This document shows positions 25,299 through 35,648 of a stretch of 45,229 nt of DNA, in pieces. Positions within the stretch are counted from its first letter, which is position 1; every line of letters starts with the position of its first letter. Under the pieces are notes generated by a model. The model did no database searches. It saw only the letters and a program-made list of their open reading frames with translations, and had not been told where the DNA came from. The position numbers were made by a program, and so were the translations under genes. The stretch is from Candidatus Woesearchaeota archaeon. GTDB lineage: Archaea; Nanobdellota; Nanobdellia; Woesearchaeales; UBA10200. The stretch covers positions 1-45,229 of the forward strand of contig JACPBN010000006.1 in NCBI GenBank assembly GCA_016180275.1, in the 5' to 3' direction.

Positions 25299-27404
25299 AT
25301 GAGAAGCAATAATTTTAACAATAAATTTATGAGAAAGTTGATTGTGAATATTTCATATATAATAATAGCTCTGATGCTTAGCATTGTCGTAATAAATATC
25401 GCAAGCGCAGAAACAACACTTGAGCAGGATGTTGCAAGTTTTGGGAGGTCAGCATTAGGAAAACTAAGCGGGCAAAGCAACACGAAAGGAGTTGGCAATG
25501 ACCCCATACAAGGCACAGGCAAGCTGGTTGATTTTTATAACAGGAACCAGAGCCTGATAGATTTCTTTATCATGTTTGCACTGTTCTGCAGCATTGCATT
25601 AATTGGATTAAAGAAGACAGGATTTGGGGAGTCAGGAGGAAATGCCATGAAGGGATTAGCGATTGCAGTTGGAGCAGCATTGGCAATTGCTGCATTAAAA
25701 GCCGGATATTCCCCTAGCTTTTTTGTGCCATTTGTAAAGAATTTCCTGTTCCTGATAATATTCTTTGTAATATTTATGGTAATAAAAGCCACAATGAGTC
25801 AAAATGTTCTCCTTGCATTTATTTTGGCTTTAGTAATAACATGGGTTGCATTTAATGTAGCTAATTTGGTGTTAGAAGGCAAGGAGAATAAGTTTGACAT
25901 GGCGAATGTGTTCAAATTGATGGCAGGCTCTCCGACTGATACAGACGAACAGAGAAGGCTGAGCAATATTGAGGTAAGGCAGACACAAGATGAGCTGGAC
26001 GCGCTTTACGAAGAGAAAGGGCGTCTTGAAGAATTGATTGGAAATGGAGAGTATAAATCAAAGTTTTTAGTGGAGCAAGCACGTGAGAGTGAAAAAGATG
26101 AGAAGAAAAAAGCAAACTTAATGAGATTATTTGATGTGATGGGAAAAATAGAAGAGCTTGAGGCAAAGATGCAGAAAGAGATGGGCAAGAGATTTGATTA
26201 TGACAAACAAAATCCTACAACGCCTAAACTAAATTTAAGAATAAGTGATGATAAAACTAAATTAATTTGCACAATTGACCCTACAACAGGAAAGATGTCT
26301 GGCGCTCCTGAAAATGTGAATAAAGACATAAAATACAGATTTGAGTTTTCTGTTGACGGTAATGTTAAGAAATATTATGATATTGATTATAAGGACAGGG
26401 CAACTGAACAGACGTATTCATTAGAAAAAGAAGGAGTTTGGAAATGCAAAGTTTATGCTTATATAGAAACATACGGCAAGACACCAGACCAAGTTACGCC
26501 GGGAGAGGCAATGCTGGATTATTTAGGCGCAGAACATGAAGCAGATAAAACTGCATTTGAGACTAATAAAGCAATAATAGAAAGCGAGAGAGAAGCTACT
26601 GATAAAATTAATGGTGCAGTTGCTGCATTGAAAGGATTAAAAGGAAGGACATACTATAATAGGAATAAAAACGAAATAGATAAGTTTATAAATGCTGGAG
26701 AAATAAAGGTTAAAGCAATAAATGTTTACAAAGAAGTTACAACTGAGCAGGCAACTATTGCTAGCATAACAGGTACTACAGCAACAGAGATAGCAAGTAA
26801 GAAAAAAGCTAAAATTGATCCTTTGATTAGTAAAATACAAGAGGTGTTGAATATCTGGAAACCTTATAGAGGCATTGATACTGCATTTGATGCACTTCTT
26901 GATAATAAGTTAGCTGAGTTAAAAGGTTCTTCTCCTGATACAACTATCCCTAATTTTGCTGGAAAAAGAAATGTAGATAGTTCATCTGGACAAAAATACA
27001 CTTTAACAGATGATGACGAATTTATAAATGGCCAGCCGAAAGGTGAGTACGGAGTAAAAATTAATTTTGGGCCAAAAGAGATAATGGTTGCACAAAAACA
27101 AACTATCAGGCTTTCTATATCCTTGGATAGCGAGATACCTAATAAGTTTAGAATAATTTTCGGCCATGCCGTGAATCAGGTTTTAGCTAGCCAGACAATT
27201 GATGAGACAATAGATAATTCTGCTAAGACAATCAACTTTGAGATTCCTGTTACTAGTTATGATGCACGTAATTCGCAGAAAGAGATAATTGTAGAAGTAT
27301 ATGATATGGATGGAAATACAGCGAGTACAAATATTGTTAGATTTGAATATAATGTAAATGTACAGCCTGCAGGACCAATACAATATGGCTCTGGAAAATT
27401 ATAG
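25299..27404 (+). CDS. Membrane protein (signal anchor plus 4 TM), coiled coil and a ~420-aa beta-rich C-terminal region. Paralogue of 16334-17407.
   Basis: Core AMKGLAIAVGAALAIAALKAGYSPSFFVPFVKNFLFL...LLAFILALVITWVAFNV (nt ~25647-25868) aligns with the operon-2 protein. Coiled coil DELDALYEEKGRLEELI...IEELEAKMQKE. Confidence 0.8.
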   Translation: MRSNNFNNKFMRKLIVNISYIIIALMLSIVVINIASAETTLEQDVASFGRSALGKLSGQSNTKGVGNDPIQGTGKLVDFYNRNQSLIDFFIMFALFCSIALIGLKKTGFGESGGNAMKGLAIAVGAALAIAALKAGYSPSFFVPFVKNFLFLIIFFVIFMVIKATMSQNVLLAFILALVITWVAFNVANLVLEGKENKFDMANVFKLMAGSPTDTDEQRRLSNIEVRQTQDELDALYEEKGRLEELIGNGEYKSKFLVEQARESEKDEKKKANLMRLFDVMGKIEELEAKMQKEMGKRFDYDKQNPTTPKLNLRISDDKTKLICTIDPTTGKMSGAPENVNKDIKYRFEFSVDGNVKKYYDIDYKDRATEQTYSLEKEGVWKCKVYAYIETYGKTPDQVTPGEAMLDYLGAEHEADKTAFETNKAIIESEREATDKINGAVAALKGLKGRTYYNRNKNEIDKFINAGEIKVKAINVYKEVTTEQATIASITGTTATEIASKKKAKIDPLISKIQEVLNIWKPYRGIDTAFDALLDNKLAELKGSSPDTTIPNFAGKRNVDSSSGQKYTLTDDDEFINGQPKGEYGVKINFGPKEIMVAQKQTIRLSISLDSEIPNKFRIIFGHAVNQVLASQTIDETIDNSAKTINFEIPVTSYDARNSQKEIIVEVYDMDGNTASTNIVRFEYNVNVQPAGPIQYGSGKL

Positions 27405-27424
27405 TTAATGAAAGATAATTAAGA

Positions 27425-30400
27425 ATGAGAGAATTTAATACAATTAAAAAAACAGGTGTAATATTTCTGTTAGCTGTGGCTTTATTCTTGTTATTATCTG
27501 CTTTAGGCTATTCAACCCCTGATGATTGCCTATCAAACCAAGATTCAAGGATAGAAGCTTCATGGAGGTTATTCCATAAAAATTCTCAAGGCAAATACAC
27601 TACTAAAAATGAAGTCAAGGACGGATATAATTTCTTAAAGGCTGCCGGTGTTGTAAAGCAACGTTTGACAGAATGCGGCGGACGTGATTACTATAAGAAA
27701 ACTGTTTCTGTATCTGTAGGAGGAAGCACAACCCCAATTTATATTGATGACATATATGACTTAATGAAAACAAGAGCAGAAGCCTTAGGAGTATTAACAG
27801 AATATTATCTTTTATTTCCTGATATCTATAGAGGGATATCAACAGACAAGGTAACTTTTGAGCTTCATGTTAAGATTCCAGATGCATTGAATACATACTT
27901 TGAATCTGTTAGCGGATACCCTGTAATTTATGCTGAAGCTGAGAATAATAGGTTAAACCCTCCGGCAATATCATTTGTTGAGAAAAGGCCTGGCTCACCT
28001 GATTCAGTATATGTATATAGAGGAGAAGTAAGTCTGTTTAGAGATACCGAGAATGTAATTTTTAGATCGCAAATATATAATGGTTTTGGATTAAAGGATT
28101 TCAGCGCAAGCTATACTAAAGGAAGCTCGCAGAGTATTAATTTAATCTTTGAGAAATTAGGCGTTACTACACATAAGCTTGTTATTAATACTTATGCAGA
28201 GGCAGATTTAGGGGCCGGTGGAGTAGAAAAAAGAGTAATAGATGGTGTTGTAACAGACCCTAATAGCTTACCAAATGATTTGGTAAGTGTATATAGATTA
28301 GACGGCTCAACCAGAACAAAGATTATAGACAACAAAAGGGCAACATTTACTGTTGATGTAGCTATTGGGAGTAATTATGAAATAGAATGGAAAGATCTCT
28401 TAAGCACACAGTCATTGCAGAGAGAAATGGAAAGATATACCATCTCGTTAGCTAATGTTAGCACAACAGAAAGCAGGTTTGAAAATGTGTATAAATTGCA
28501 AAAAGTGACTAAGCCTATTACAGTCAGTAGAAGATCAAGTAACTCTATCGAGATTATAATGCCAATAGAGTTTCAAAGCCAAGTTAATTTTAATTCAAAG
28601 AGCAATTATTTAATTCATCAAGTAGGTAACGATGCAAATAGCCTAACAATCCAGGATGTTGAGCCAGTCACTAAAACAAGCGATAGCAGGGTTATTGTAT
28701 TAAATGTTGGAAATCAACAAAAAGGAGTGCAGTATGATGTCTGGCTAATTACAGGAGCAGGCAATAAGTTTTTAGGAAGATTTGTAGGAGATGCGCAAGA
28801 GACATTACAGTTTACTGCAGGAAGTGTGACATTTGACCCATCTGTCGGGAATATTGGGCAGCTAACGCCTGGGCAGAGCAAGGAATTTGTTGCTACCTTG
28901 GATAGTAGTTTTCCTTCAACAGGATTAACATGGGAATGGCAAGTATTGCAAGGAAGTAAAGATATAACAGATACAGCACAGAAAAATGCAGTCAGAAGAT
29001 ATTTATTTACTGCACCAAATATTGCAGGGGAATATATTGTTAAATTAATTTTAACGCAAACATCCCAAGCAACAAAAAAAACCGGATTTTGGATATTCTC
29101 ATCAACTGAAACTGTAACCAAATCGAATCCTATTAATCCAACTGCAATTAATAAAAGAGCAGAATGGAGATTAACAATTAATGACAAAGCAACTGTGCAA
29201 GACAGATTAACACAGATAGAATCAAAAATTGGACAAGCTAATGCAGAAAAGCAGAAACATGACGAGTTAATCAATACTATTTATAACAAACTACGAGCAG
29301 AGAGAGATGGTGTTAAAACAAATGCACTCATAAATATCAATGGTGCTCTAAAAAAATTAGATGAAGCACTGAAGAATAATTTTAAAGATATTAACTTAGA
29401 TGATCCAGCCAATGCATATCTTGTAAATAAAAAGGCTGAAGTAGAGCAATTAAAGATTTCATTTACTGCTATAAAGACAAAGACAGAAAATATAAATCTT
29501 GATGGGCCGCAGTTTAAGTACGATAAAGCTTTCTTTGACACAAATCTTAAGTTTAATCAACAGCCAGTTAGTGGTCAGACATTTAGAGTAGATAGGATTT
29601 CTATAACTGATGTAACTGGTCTTCAGACTGGTGTAACAAAAGATGCCGTGTTTAATTATGTTAAGAAGACATGGGGACAAAAAACTATAAGCGGTAAACC
29701 TATAGATCCACAAACAGGAGATGATGATACTGCCATATTTACAGTTAAAAAGCCAACTGTTAGAGAAGGCTCAATAGTAACTTTAGAATTATTTGCAAAA
29801 GAGGGAGAAATGCAAGGCAAAAAGATTACTGAATTTACTTGGACAATAGATACTCCATTAGACGTTGGCTTGAATGTTGTTAAGGAAAGAACAGATGATG
29901 TAGTTAGGCCAGGAGATGTTTTAACATTTAATATTGTGCCAAAGCAACAGGGTGTTGATTTTGAGGAATATAAGAAAAGAATTAAATCAACTGCATGGGC
30001 AGTAAATCCTGCTACCGGAGCAACTAAAACAGAAGAAGCAATAGATCACTCAAAAGTTAAGTTTGATGATGCCGGAACATATACTATTACTGCTACTTTT
30101 GATTCTGAGTATGCAGATGTAGCTGGAGTAAAAGCTGAAACACAAATAACTGTTGAATTGCCTGATGATGAACCAAAGATTATGCTGATAAGTGCACAAG
30201 CAGAGAAGTTATACAATGAAGGCAAGACTGAATTATCAGCTGCAAATGCTGAAAAGCCACAAAACCAACAGAAAAGGGATGCTGCAAAGAAAAAATTAGA
30301 AGATGCTAAAAGATTATATGATCAATTAGATAAAAAATTTGAGGCAGCAAAAGCTGCTAATAAGCAATTTGCAGGATTGACAATTACACAGCCACAGATT

Positions 30401-31849
30401 AAACAGAAAATAACAGATATTGATAAATTAATACAAGATGAATATACTGCTAAACCAGTTGAGTTTGCATTTACTAAGCCAGATCCAAGCACTGTAGTAA
30501 GTGGTAAGCATGAAGTGACAAAAGGAGCAAAGGTAGAATTTGAGATTAAAGTTGATAGTAAAGTAATTGTGCCAAATTTCAAATGGGTTTATGATCAGAG
30601 CAAGATAAAAATAGATAGAACTACACTTGGAGCAAATACTGGCTCAGGAGAAGTTTTAGCAAATGTTGGAGAAGAGTTTGATGTAAGTGTAAAAACAGAT
30701 GATGAAAGTTTACAAGCAATTGCAAGATTTAAAGTTGTTGATACCCCATCTACTAAGATTAAAATAACACCTATCGGAACAACAGATTTAGATTCATCTG
30801 ATAATGTTGTTGAAGTTAATCTAGCACCAGAAGAAGAGCTTGGTTTTAATGTTGAAACTAAACCAGCAGGCAATGCTGTCCAAGCAAACAAAGTTAGAGA
30901 AGGTGATTTACTAGAAACATTAGATTATCCTGCTAAAGATAAAATTCATGTTAAGTTAAAAGGAACTGCAGCCAGTCCTGCAACAGTTGAATTATCTGTA
31001 AATGATCCTACTAGTGGCTCTACTGCAACGCCTGTCACTATAAAGATCAATGTAAAAGATAAAGGAACTATATTTAGAATAAATGCACCAAAGGATAAAT
31101 TGCTAAGAAATGAAATGATAAAGATTGGAATAGAGCCTGCTACAATTCCTGCAACAGATATTACTTGGGCATTAGATTCAGCTAGCCAAGCTTTTGCTAC
31201 TATCAATAATCAAGGCGAATTAATAGTTAAAGAGAGTGTAGGATTTGGCTCCAAAATTACAGTTACAGCAGCCTATAAGGGCAGCTTAAGGTTAACAACT
31301 GCACAACAAACAAAAGAATTTAGTGTAGTTAATTCACTTACAGTTGCATTTACTTTAACGCCATCTCAAAGAACCCTAAAGCAAGGTGATACTGAAACGT
31401 TTACTGCTGTCGTTAAACCAGTAGAAAATGTAGTTATAACAAAGTGGGAGAAGATAGGAGATACTTTGAATGAGGTTGAAGAAGTCAGTAAAAATCAAAA
31501 TTCAATAACTGTTAAGATCAAAGATGTGCCTAATAGTGTACCTGGAAGCAAAATAATATTAAAAGCAACTACTGATGATGGCAAAGAATCTAGTGTTGAG
31601 ATTACAATCGGGGATAAGAATGATAAGACAATAACATTATATGATGAAACAACAAAAACTGCAGATACATTGGAAGGAAATTTCAATGGCGCAACTGCTA
31701 AAGTTGGAACAGAAACATATGTGCAGTTTGATGGCAAATGGTATAAGCCTGCTGGCAAAAGCATACCTTATCTGAAAGTATTGTTCAATGCTGCAAAGAA
31801 CAAAGGTGAAGTTGATCCTGTAAAGATACAGGCATTGTTTGATAAATAA
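27425..31849 (+). CDS. Giant secreted protein (1474 aa) with multiple Ig-like/beta-sandwich repeats and two coiled-coil inserts
   Basis: Signal peptide VIFLLAVALFLLLSALGYS. T/V/K-rich beta repeats. A Big_2-like segment ATINNQGELIVKESVGFGSKITVTAAYKG. Coiled coils around aa 590-680 and 925-985. No C-terminal TM anchor. Confidence 0.8.
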   Translation: MREFNTIKKTGVIFLLAVALFLLLSALGYSTPDDCLSNQDSRIEASWRLFHKNSQGKYTTKNEVKDGYNFLKAAGVVKQRLTECGGRDYYKKTVSVSVGGSTTPIYIDDIYDLMKTRAEALGVLTEYYLLFPDIYRGISTDKVTFELHVKIPDALNTYFESVSGYPVIYAEAENNRLNPPAISFVEKRPGSPDSVYVYRGEVSLFRDTENVIFRSQIYNGFGLKDFSASYTKGSSQSINLIFEKLGVTTHKLVINTYAEADLGAGGVEKRVIDGVVTDPNSLPNDLVSVYRLDGSTRTKIIDNKRATFTVDVAIGSNYEIEWKDLLSTQSLQREMERYTISLANVSTTESRFENVYKLQKVTKPITVSRRSSNSIEIIMPIEFQSQVNFNSKSNYLIHQVGNDANSLTIQDVEPVTKTSDSRVIVLNVGNQQKGVQYDVWLITGAGNKFLGRFVGDAQETLQFTAGSVTFDPSVGNIGQLTPGQSKEFVATLDSSFPSTGLTWEWQVLQGSKDITDTAQKNAVRRYLFTAPNIAGEYIVKLILTQTSQATKKTGFWIFSSTETVTKSNPINPTAINKRAEWRLTINDKATVQDRLTQIESKIGQANAEKQKHDELINTIYNKLRAERDGVKTNALININGALKKLDEALKNNFKDINLDDPANAYLVNKKAEVEQLKISFTAIKTKTENINLDGPQFKYDKAFFDTNLKFNQQPVSGQTFRVDRISITDVTGLQTGVTKDAVFNYVKKTWGQKTISGKPIDPQTGDDDTAIFTVKKPTVREGSIVTLELFAKEGEMQGKKITEFTWTIDTPLDVGLNVVKERTDDVVRPGDVLTFNIVPKQQGVDFEEYKKRIKSTAWAVNPATGATKTEEAIDHSKVKFDDAGTYTITATFDSEYADVAGVKAETQITVELPDDEPKIMLISAQAEKLYNEGKTELSAANAEKPQNQQKRDAAKKKLEDAKRLYDQLDKKFEAAKAANKQFAGLTITQPQIKQKITDIDKLIQDEYTAKPVEFAFTKPDPSTVVSGKHEVTKGAKVEFEIKVDSKVIVPNFKWVYDQSKIKIDRTTLGANTGSGEVLANVGEEFDVSVKTDDESLQAIARFKVVDTPSTKIKITPIGTTDLDSSDNVVEVNLAPEEELGFNVETKPAGNAVQANKVREGDLLETLDYPAKDKIHVKLKGTAASPATVELSVNDPTSGSTATPVTIKINVKDKGTIFRINAPKDKLLRNEMIKIGIEPATIPATDITWALDSASQAFATINNQGELIVKESVGFGSKITVTAAYKGSLRLTTAQQTKEFSVVNSLTVAFTLTPSQRTLKQGDTETFTAVVKPVENVVITKWEKIGDTLNEVEEVSKNQNSITVKIKDVPNSVPGSKIILKATTDDGKESSVEITIGDKNDKTITLYDETTKTADTLEGNFNGATAKVGTETYVQFDGKWYKPAGKSIPYLKVLFNAAKNKGEVDPVKIQALFDK

Positions 31850-31881
31850 GAATCACTTGAGATTAAATAAAACTAATAAAA

Positions 31882-32517
31882 ATGAAATCAAAAACTAGAT
31901 TAATAACAATAAGCGTAATGATTTTAGTAATTCTCTCTATTTTAAGCATCTTTGTTTCTGCTGATGTAAAGTTTGGAGTAGAGGAGACAAGTGACTTGAT
32001 AACTGCAATTAAAGAGGAAAGCGATTATAATAATTTATTGGCAATGTTTGATGCTGGATTGATGGAAGATGCAGTTAAGGCTGATGCCAAGATAAAAGAA
32101 AGATTATCTTCTTTGGTTGCAAGAAACGGATGGAAAAAGCCTGATTTTTTAACTGATGAGGATGTAAGTAAAAAGAAAGCTGAATTAGATAAACTACAAA
32201 AAGATTTAGAAAAATCAGAAAAAGAAGCAACCAAAGCTGAATCAACAGCAAGCGCAGTAAAGTATGGCGGCATAGGTGGCATTGTTTTGGTTATTGTAAT
32301 AATTATATTTGTAGGGATCAGAAAATACGGCAGTGCTAAGACAATGCTAACACCAGGAGGCACTGCACTAGGCGCGCAGGCAGCAGCAGAAGTGACTGCA
32401 AACCAGGAAGCTTTAGATGCATTGTTCAGGAGAAAGCAGGAGATATTGAGACAGTACCAAGCTGCAGTAAATACAGGCAACATACCTGAAGCAAGGAGGC
32501 TTTATGGCAGCAGATAG
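31882..32517 (+). CDS. Single-pass membrane protein with signal peptide
   Basis: Signal LITISVMILVILSILSIFVSA. TM GGIGGIVLVIVIIIFVGI. Helical regions on both sides. Overlaps the next gene by 14 nt. Confidence 0.7.
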   Translation: MKSKTRLITISVMILVILSILSIFVSADVKFGVEETSDLITAIKEESDYNNLLAMFDAGLMEDAVKADAKIKERLSSLVARNGWKKPDFLTDEDVSKKKAELDKLQKDLEKSEKEATKAESTASAVKYGGIGGIVLVIVIIIFVGIRKYGSAKTMLTPGGTALGAQAAAEVTANQEALDALFRRKQEILRQYQAAVNTGNIPEARRLYGSR

Positions 32518-33988
32518 CTTAACAGTTGTAAATAAGCAGATATTGAAGGCAATAGAGGACATGATAATGTCATTGAAGCATATTGAGGAGTCTGAGATAG
32601 CTGCTGCTACTGTTGATGTAAGGGAGATGAATGAGCTTAATGATTTTGCAAACAGGCATACTGAATATTTATCAAGGCATCCGCAGTATAAGAAATTGGT
32701 TGAGCTTACCGGAGCTGCAGGAAAAACTGAGCAGGACAGAAGATTATTGGCTGTAAAATTGATCAAGCAGGAATATGGGCCATTACTAGAGCTAAGAAAG
32801 CAGGTTGATGATGAGCTGGCTGAAAGAGATACAGAAGTAGCTGGAGAGAAAGCAGAGCTTGAAAAGGATTTTGAATTTGTGATAAAAGATAATAAGATAG
32901 GTGCATTAGAATTAATTATGGATCGTACCAAAACTGTACATTATTTTGCTGGGTTTAGAATTGCAGAGAAAAGAGCTGAATTTAAAGCAGCGCTTGAAGC
33001 TAATGTTAAAAATACTTTAGCATTAAGACAATTTATACAGGAAAATTTTGAGGAAAAACAATATCTGCAAAGAAATACGGCGACTACAACCACGCATTAT
33101 TATTGGGCTGCTAAGGGCGATCTGCAAGCAAAGTATGATGACCTGCAGTATTATCAAGATATGAATGGAATTGTACGTCCAGATTTCACTAAATGGGTTG
33201 ATAAATCAAAGCTAGAAAGATTTGTTAGACAACATCTTACAGTATTATTGCCAAGGCAACAGAAGATACTAGAAGCAATCGAGAAAGACGCGAAAGTAAT
33301 ACAGTTAGCTGAACAGCGTGTAGCAGAGCAGTTTGAGCAGGAAAAGAGCTTAAAAGAAATAGTAAAAAAGAAGATTAAAGTTGAGGCAAAAGAGTTTGAT
33401 GAGATACATGGCGGCAAAATCCCTGAGAAATATAAAAATTTAGTTAAAGAACTTTCTTCGCCTAAATATTTGCGTAATGTTATTGAAAGAGCAAGAAACA
33501 GCACAGACCCAAACTTTAAAGACAAGCCAGTTGAAGTGCTTAAGCAGGATATTGACCAGAAAATACCTCAAGACCAGGCAGAGCTTAAGGGATTATTGCT
33601 GAAGGAGTTAATTCCTAGGTTAGAAAAGGAGTTAAATGTATTGGCAAACAGAAAGCCTGCAAAGCTTGTAGATGATACATTAAAAGAGATCGATAAAGAG
33701 TTGATAAAATTAAATAAAGAAGGGAAAACAGGAATAGCTATGTATAATGTTGATAAAGATGCAATGGCTTTGAAGCAGAAGATTGATTATGTCAGAAACT
33801 TGATTGTAAGCTCACCATTGACAAGAGAGGAGAGAGTTAAAGCAGCAGGATCTTTTAATGTAAGAACTGTGAGGGCAATGATAAGATTTTATACTCGTGA
33901 AAAGTTAGGTTTTACAGCTGACCAAGTTTTAAAACAGATTCCTGCGTTAAGAGAAATCACAACGGAAGAGCTAAGCAGGTATAAGTAG
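32504..33988 (+). CDS. Coiled-coil-rich soluble protein (494 aa), unknown family
   Basis: Long ORF, E/K/L/Q-rich, no TM. Overlapping start links it to operon 3. Confidence 0.75.
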   Translation: MAADSLTVVNKQILKAIEDMIMSLKHIEESEIAAATVDVREMNELNDFANRHTEYLSRHPQYKKLVELTGAAGKTEQDRRLLAVKLIKQEYGPLLELRKQVDDELAERDTEVAGEKAELEKDFEFVIKDNKIGALELIMDRTKTVHYFAGFRIAEKRAEFKAALEANVKNTLALRQFIQENFEEKQYLQRNTATTTTHYYWAAKGDLQAKYDDLQYYQDMNGIVRPDFTKWVDKSKLERFVRQHLTVLLPRQQKILEAIEKDAKVIQLAEQRVAEQFEQEKSLKEIVKKKIKVEAKEFDEIHGGKIPEKYKNLVKELSSPKYLRNVIERARNSTDPNFKDKPVEVLKQDIDQKIPQDQAELKGLLLKELIPRLEKELNVLANRKPAKLVDDTLKEIDKELIKLNKEGKTGIAMYNVDKDAMALKQKIDYVRNLIVSSPLTREERVKAAGSFNVRTVRAMIRFYTREKLGFTADQVLKQIPALREITTEELSRYK

Positions 33989-34156
33989 TTGTTATTTTTA
34001 AATAATATAGCCATCATATTTCTATTCTCCTTATATCGTATTTATGTTATCTGCTTAAAACAAATATAGCAGCAAGCAAGAAGGCTCTCTAAAAGACATT
34101 TTTTAGGTGAATCAGGATCGCATCAAAGTTATTGCTATTTATATCTTACAGTATAT

Positions 34157-34170
34157 AAAAGCTTATATAT
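34157..34170 (+). promoter_or_regulatory. BRE/TATA box aaaagcttatatat
   Basis: Ends 24 nt before ATG 34195. Confidence 0.5.
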
Positions 34171-34194
34171 TAAATATAATTCTGGTTATATAAT

Positions 34195-35409
34195 ATGAAT
34201 TATATAATAAAGAGAAGAGAAACAAGCGAAATTATTAGCAAAAAATCATGGATTTTAGTATATGGAAGAAGAAAAGTCGGCAAAACTTTTATGCTAAGGG
34301 ATTTATGCGGATTTGAAAATTATTACACCATTAAAAAAGATTTGAGCGTAATTGCTAATAAAGGAACATTGCCAATTAATAGCCTTATCCAGGAAATAAA
34401 AGAACTGCTTTCACAGAATAAGGCCATAGTAATTGATGAATTTCAGCGCCTTGATGAGAGTATTTTAGAGGAAATAGCTATTTTACACCCTAAAGGAAGA
34501 GTAATATTATCTGGCTCAAGCCTTAGGGTCGTGAAAAAAATATTTGAGCCTAAATCGCCTATGCTAGGCTTTTTTACACCATATAAGATAGGATTTATAA
34601 GGCCAACTGATATAATGCTTAGCCTAAAGCAAAAATTTGATTATGACAAAATTATAGAGTTGGCTACTTTCTTAAGAGAGCCCTGGATTATACCTATGTA
34701 CAACAATGAAAGCACAATTAATTTTATTTATGGGCTTATCTGCGAATCAAAATACACAATTGCTGCGCTCATAGGAGAGATTTTTACAGAGGAAGAGCGC
34801 GAGCTGACAATAAAATATGAAGCGATATTAAACTTAATCGGCTCAGGGATTTGGAATGCAAATGAATTAACATCAATATTGTATTCAAGAAAACTCATTC
34901 CAGACCCCAGCCAGACACATATTATCCAATACTTAAAAAACCTAGAGGAAATGGAGCTGATAGAAAGCATAAAGCTCCATAAGAGAAAAGAGCATTATTA
35001 CAGGCTTATTTCTCCCATCATGAATATTTATTATTATTTAGACAGCAGATATGATATTAGCAACAGGACAATATCGCTTGATGAAGTTAAGCCAACATTA
35101 GAGAAATTAATGCATTTAGAGATACAGAATTTTATTGCTGACTTATTTGCTGAACTTTATAAGGGTAGGAAGGAATATTATATTTCCATGGACAAAGAAG
35201 TAGATTTTATCATCACAAAAAGAAATAAGGCTGAAGTTATAGGAGAAGTCAAATGGAAAAAAATAACTAAAGAAGATATTTCTAAATTTAGAAGAAATTC
35301 AGAAGATCTGCACGGCAAAAAGATTTTGGTATGCAAGCAAGGGAAATCTGAGCAGGAGATAGAAGTTATAACGCCCAAAGAGCTTATAGCAATGGCGCAA
35401 AAAGCATAG
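34195..35409 (+). CDS. Archaeal AAA+ ATPase, Arch_ATPase/DUF234 type
   Basis: Walker A GRRKVGKT, Walker B AIVIDEFQ. C-terminal EVDFIITKRNKAEVIGEVKWKK matches the DUF234-type domain. Confidence 0.8.
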   Translation: MNYIIKRRETSEIISKKSWILVYGRRKVGKTFMLRDLCGFENYYTIKKDLSVIANKGTLPINSLIQEIKELLSQNKAIVIDEFQRLDESILEEIAILHPKGRVILSGSSLRVVKKIFEPKSPMLGFFTPYKIGFIRPTDIMLSLKQKFDYDKIIELATFLREPWIIPMYNNESTINFIYGLICESKYTIAALIGEIFTEEERELTIKYEAILNLIGSGIWNANELTSILYSRKLIPDPSQTHIIQYLKNLEEMELIESIKLHKRKEHYYRLISPIMNIYYYLDSRYDISNRTISLDEVKPTLEKLMHLEIQNFIADLFAELYKGRKEYYISMDKEVDFIITKRNKAEVIGEVKWKKITKEDISKFRRNSEDLHGKKILVCKQGKSEQEIEVITPKELIAMAQKA

Positions 35410-35593
35410 ATATTAGCTGAGAGTAAAGTATACTGCTTATGCTCAAACATAATTTGCGCAATGGCAGAATACATAATATTTCATGCATCCATAATACTCA
35501 AAAATGGGTAGTTAGGCTGCTTAGAATAGAATATCCATATTGAATTGGTTGAGCCGGAAATGCCTGAGCTTAGATATAAAATTTTAAGATTGG

Positions 35594-35623
35594 CTGGTAT
35601 TGTAATACCAGAAGCTTTATAAA
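35594..35623 (+). promoter_or_regulatory. Perfect inverted repeat ctggtatt-gt-aataccag abutting the TATA box aagctttataaa
   Basis: Palindrome 35594-35611, TATA 35612-35623. ATG 35649 lies 25 nt downstream. Confidence 0.5.
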
Positions 35624-35648
35624 GGTGTAGGTATTCTATTACCATAAG

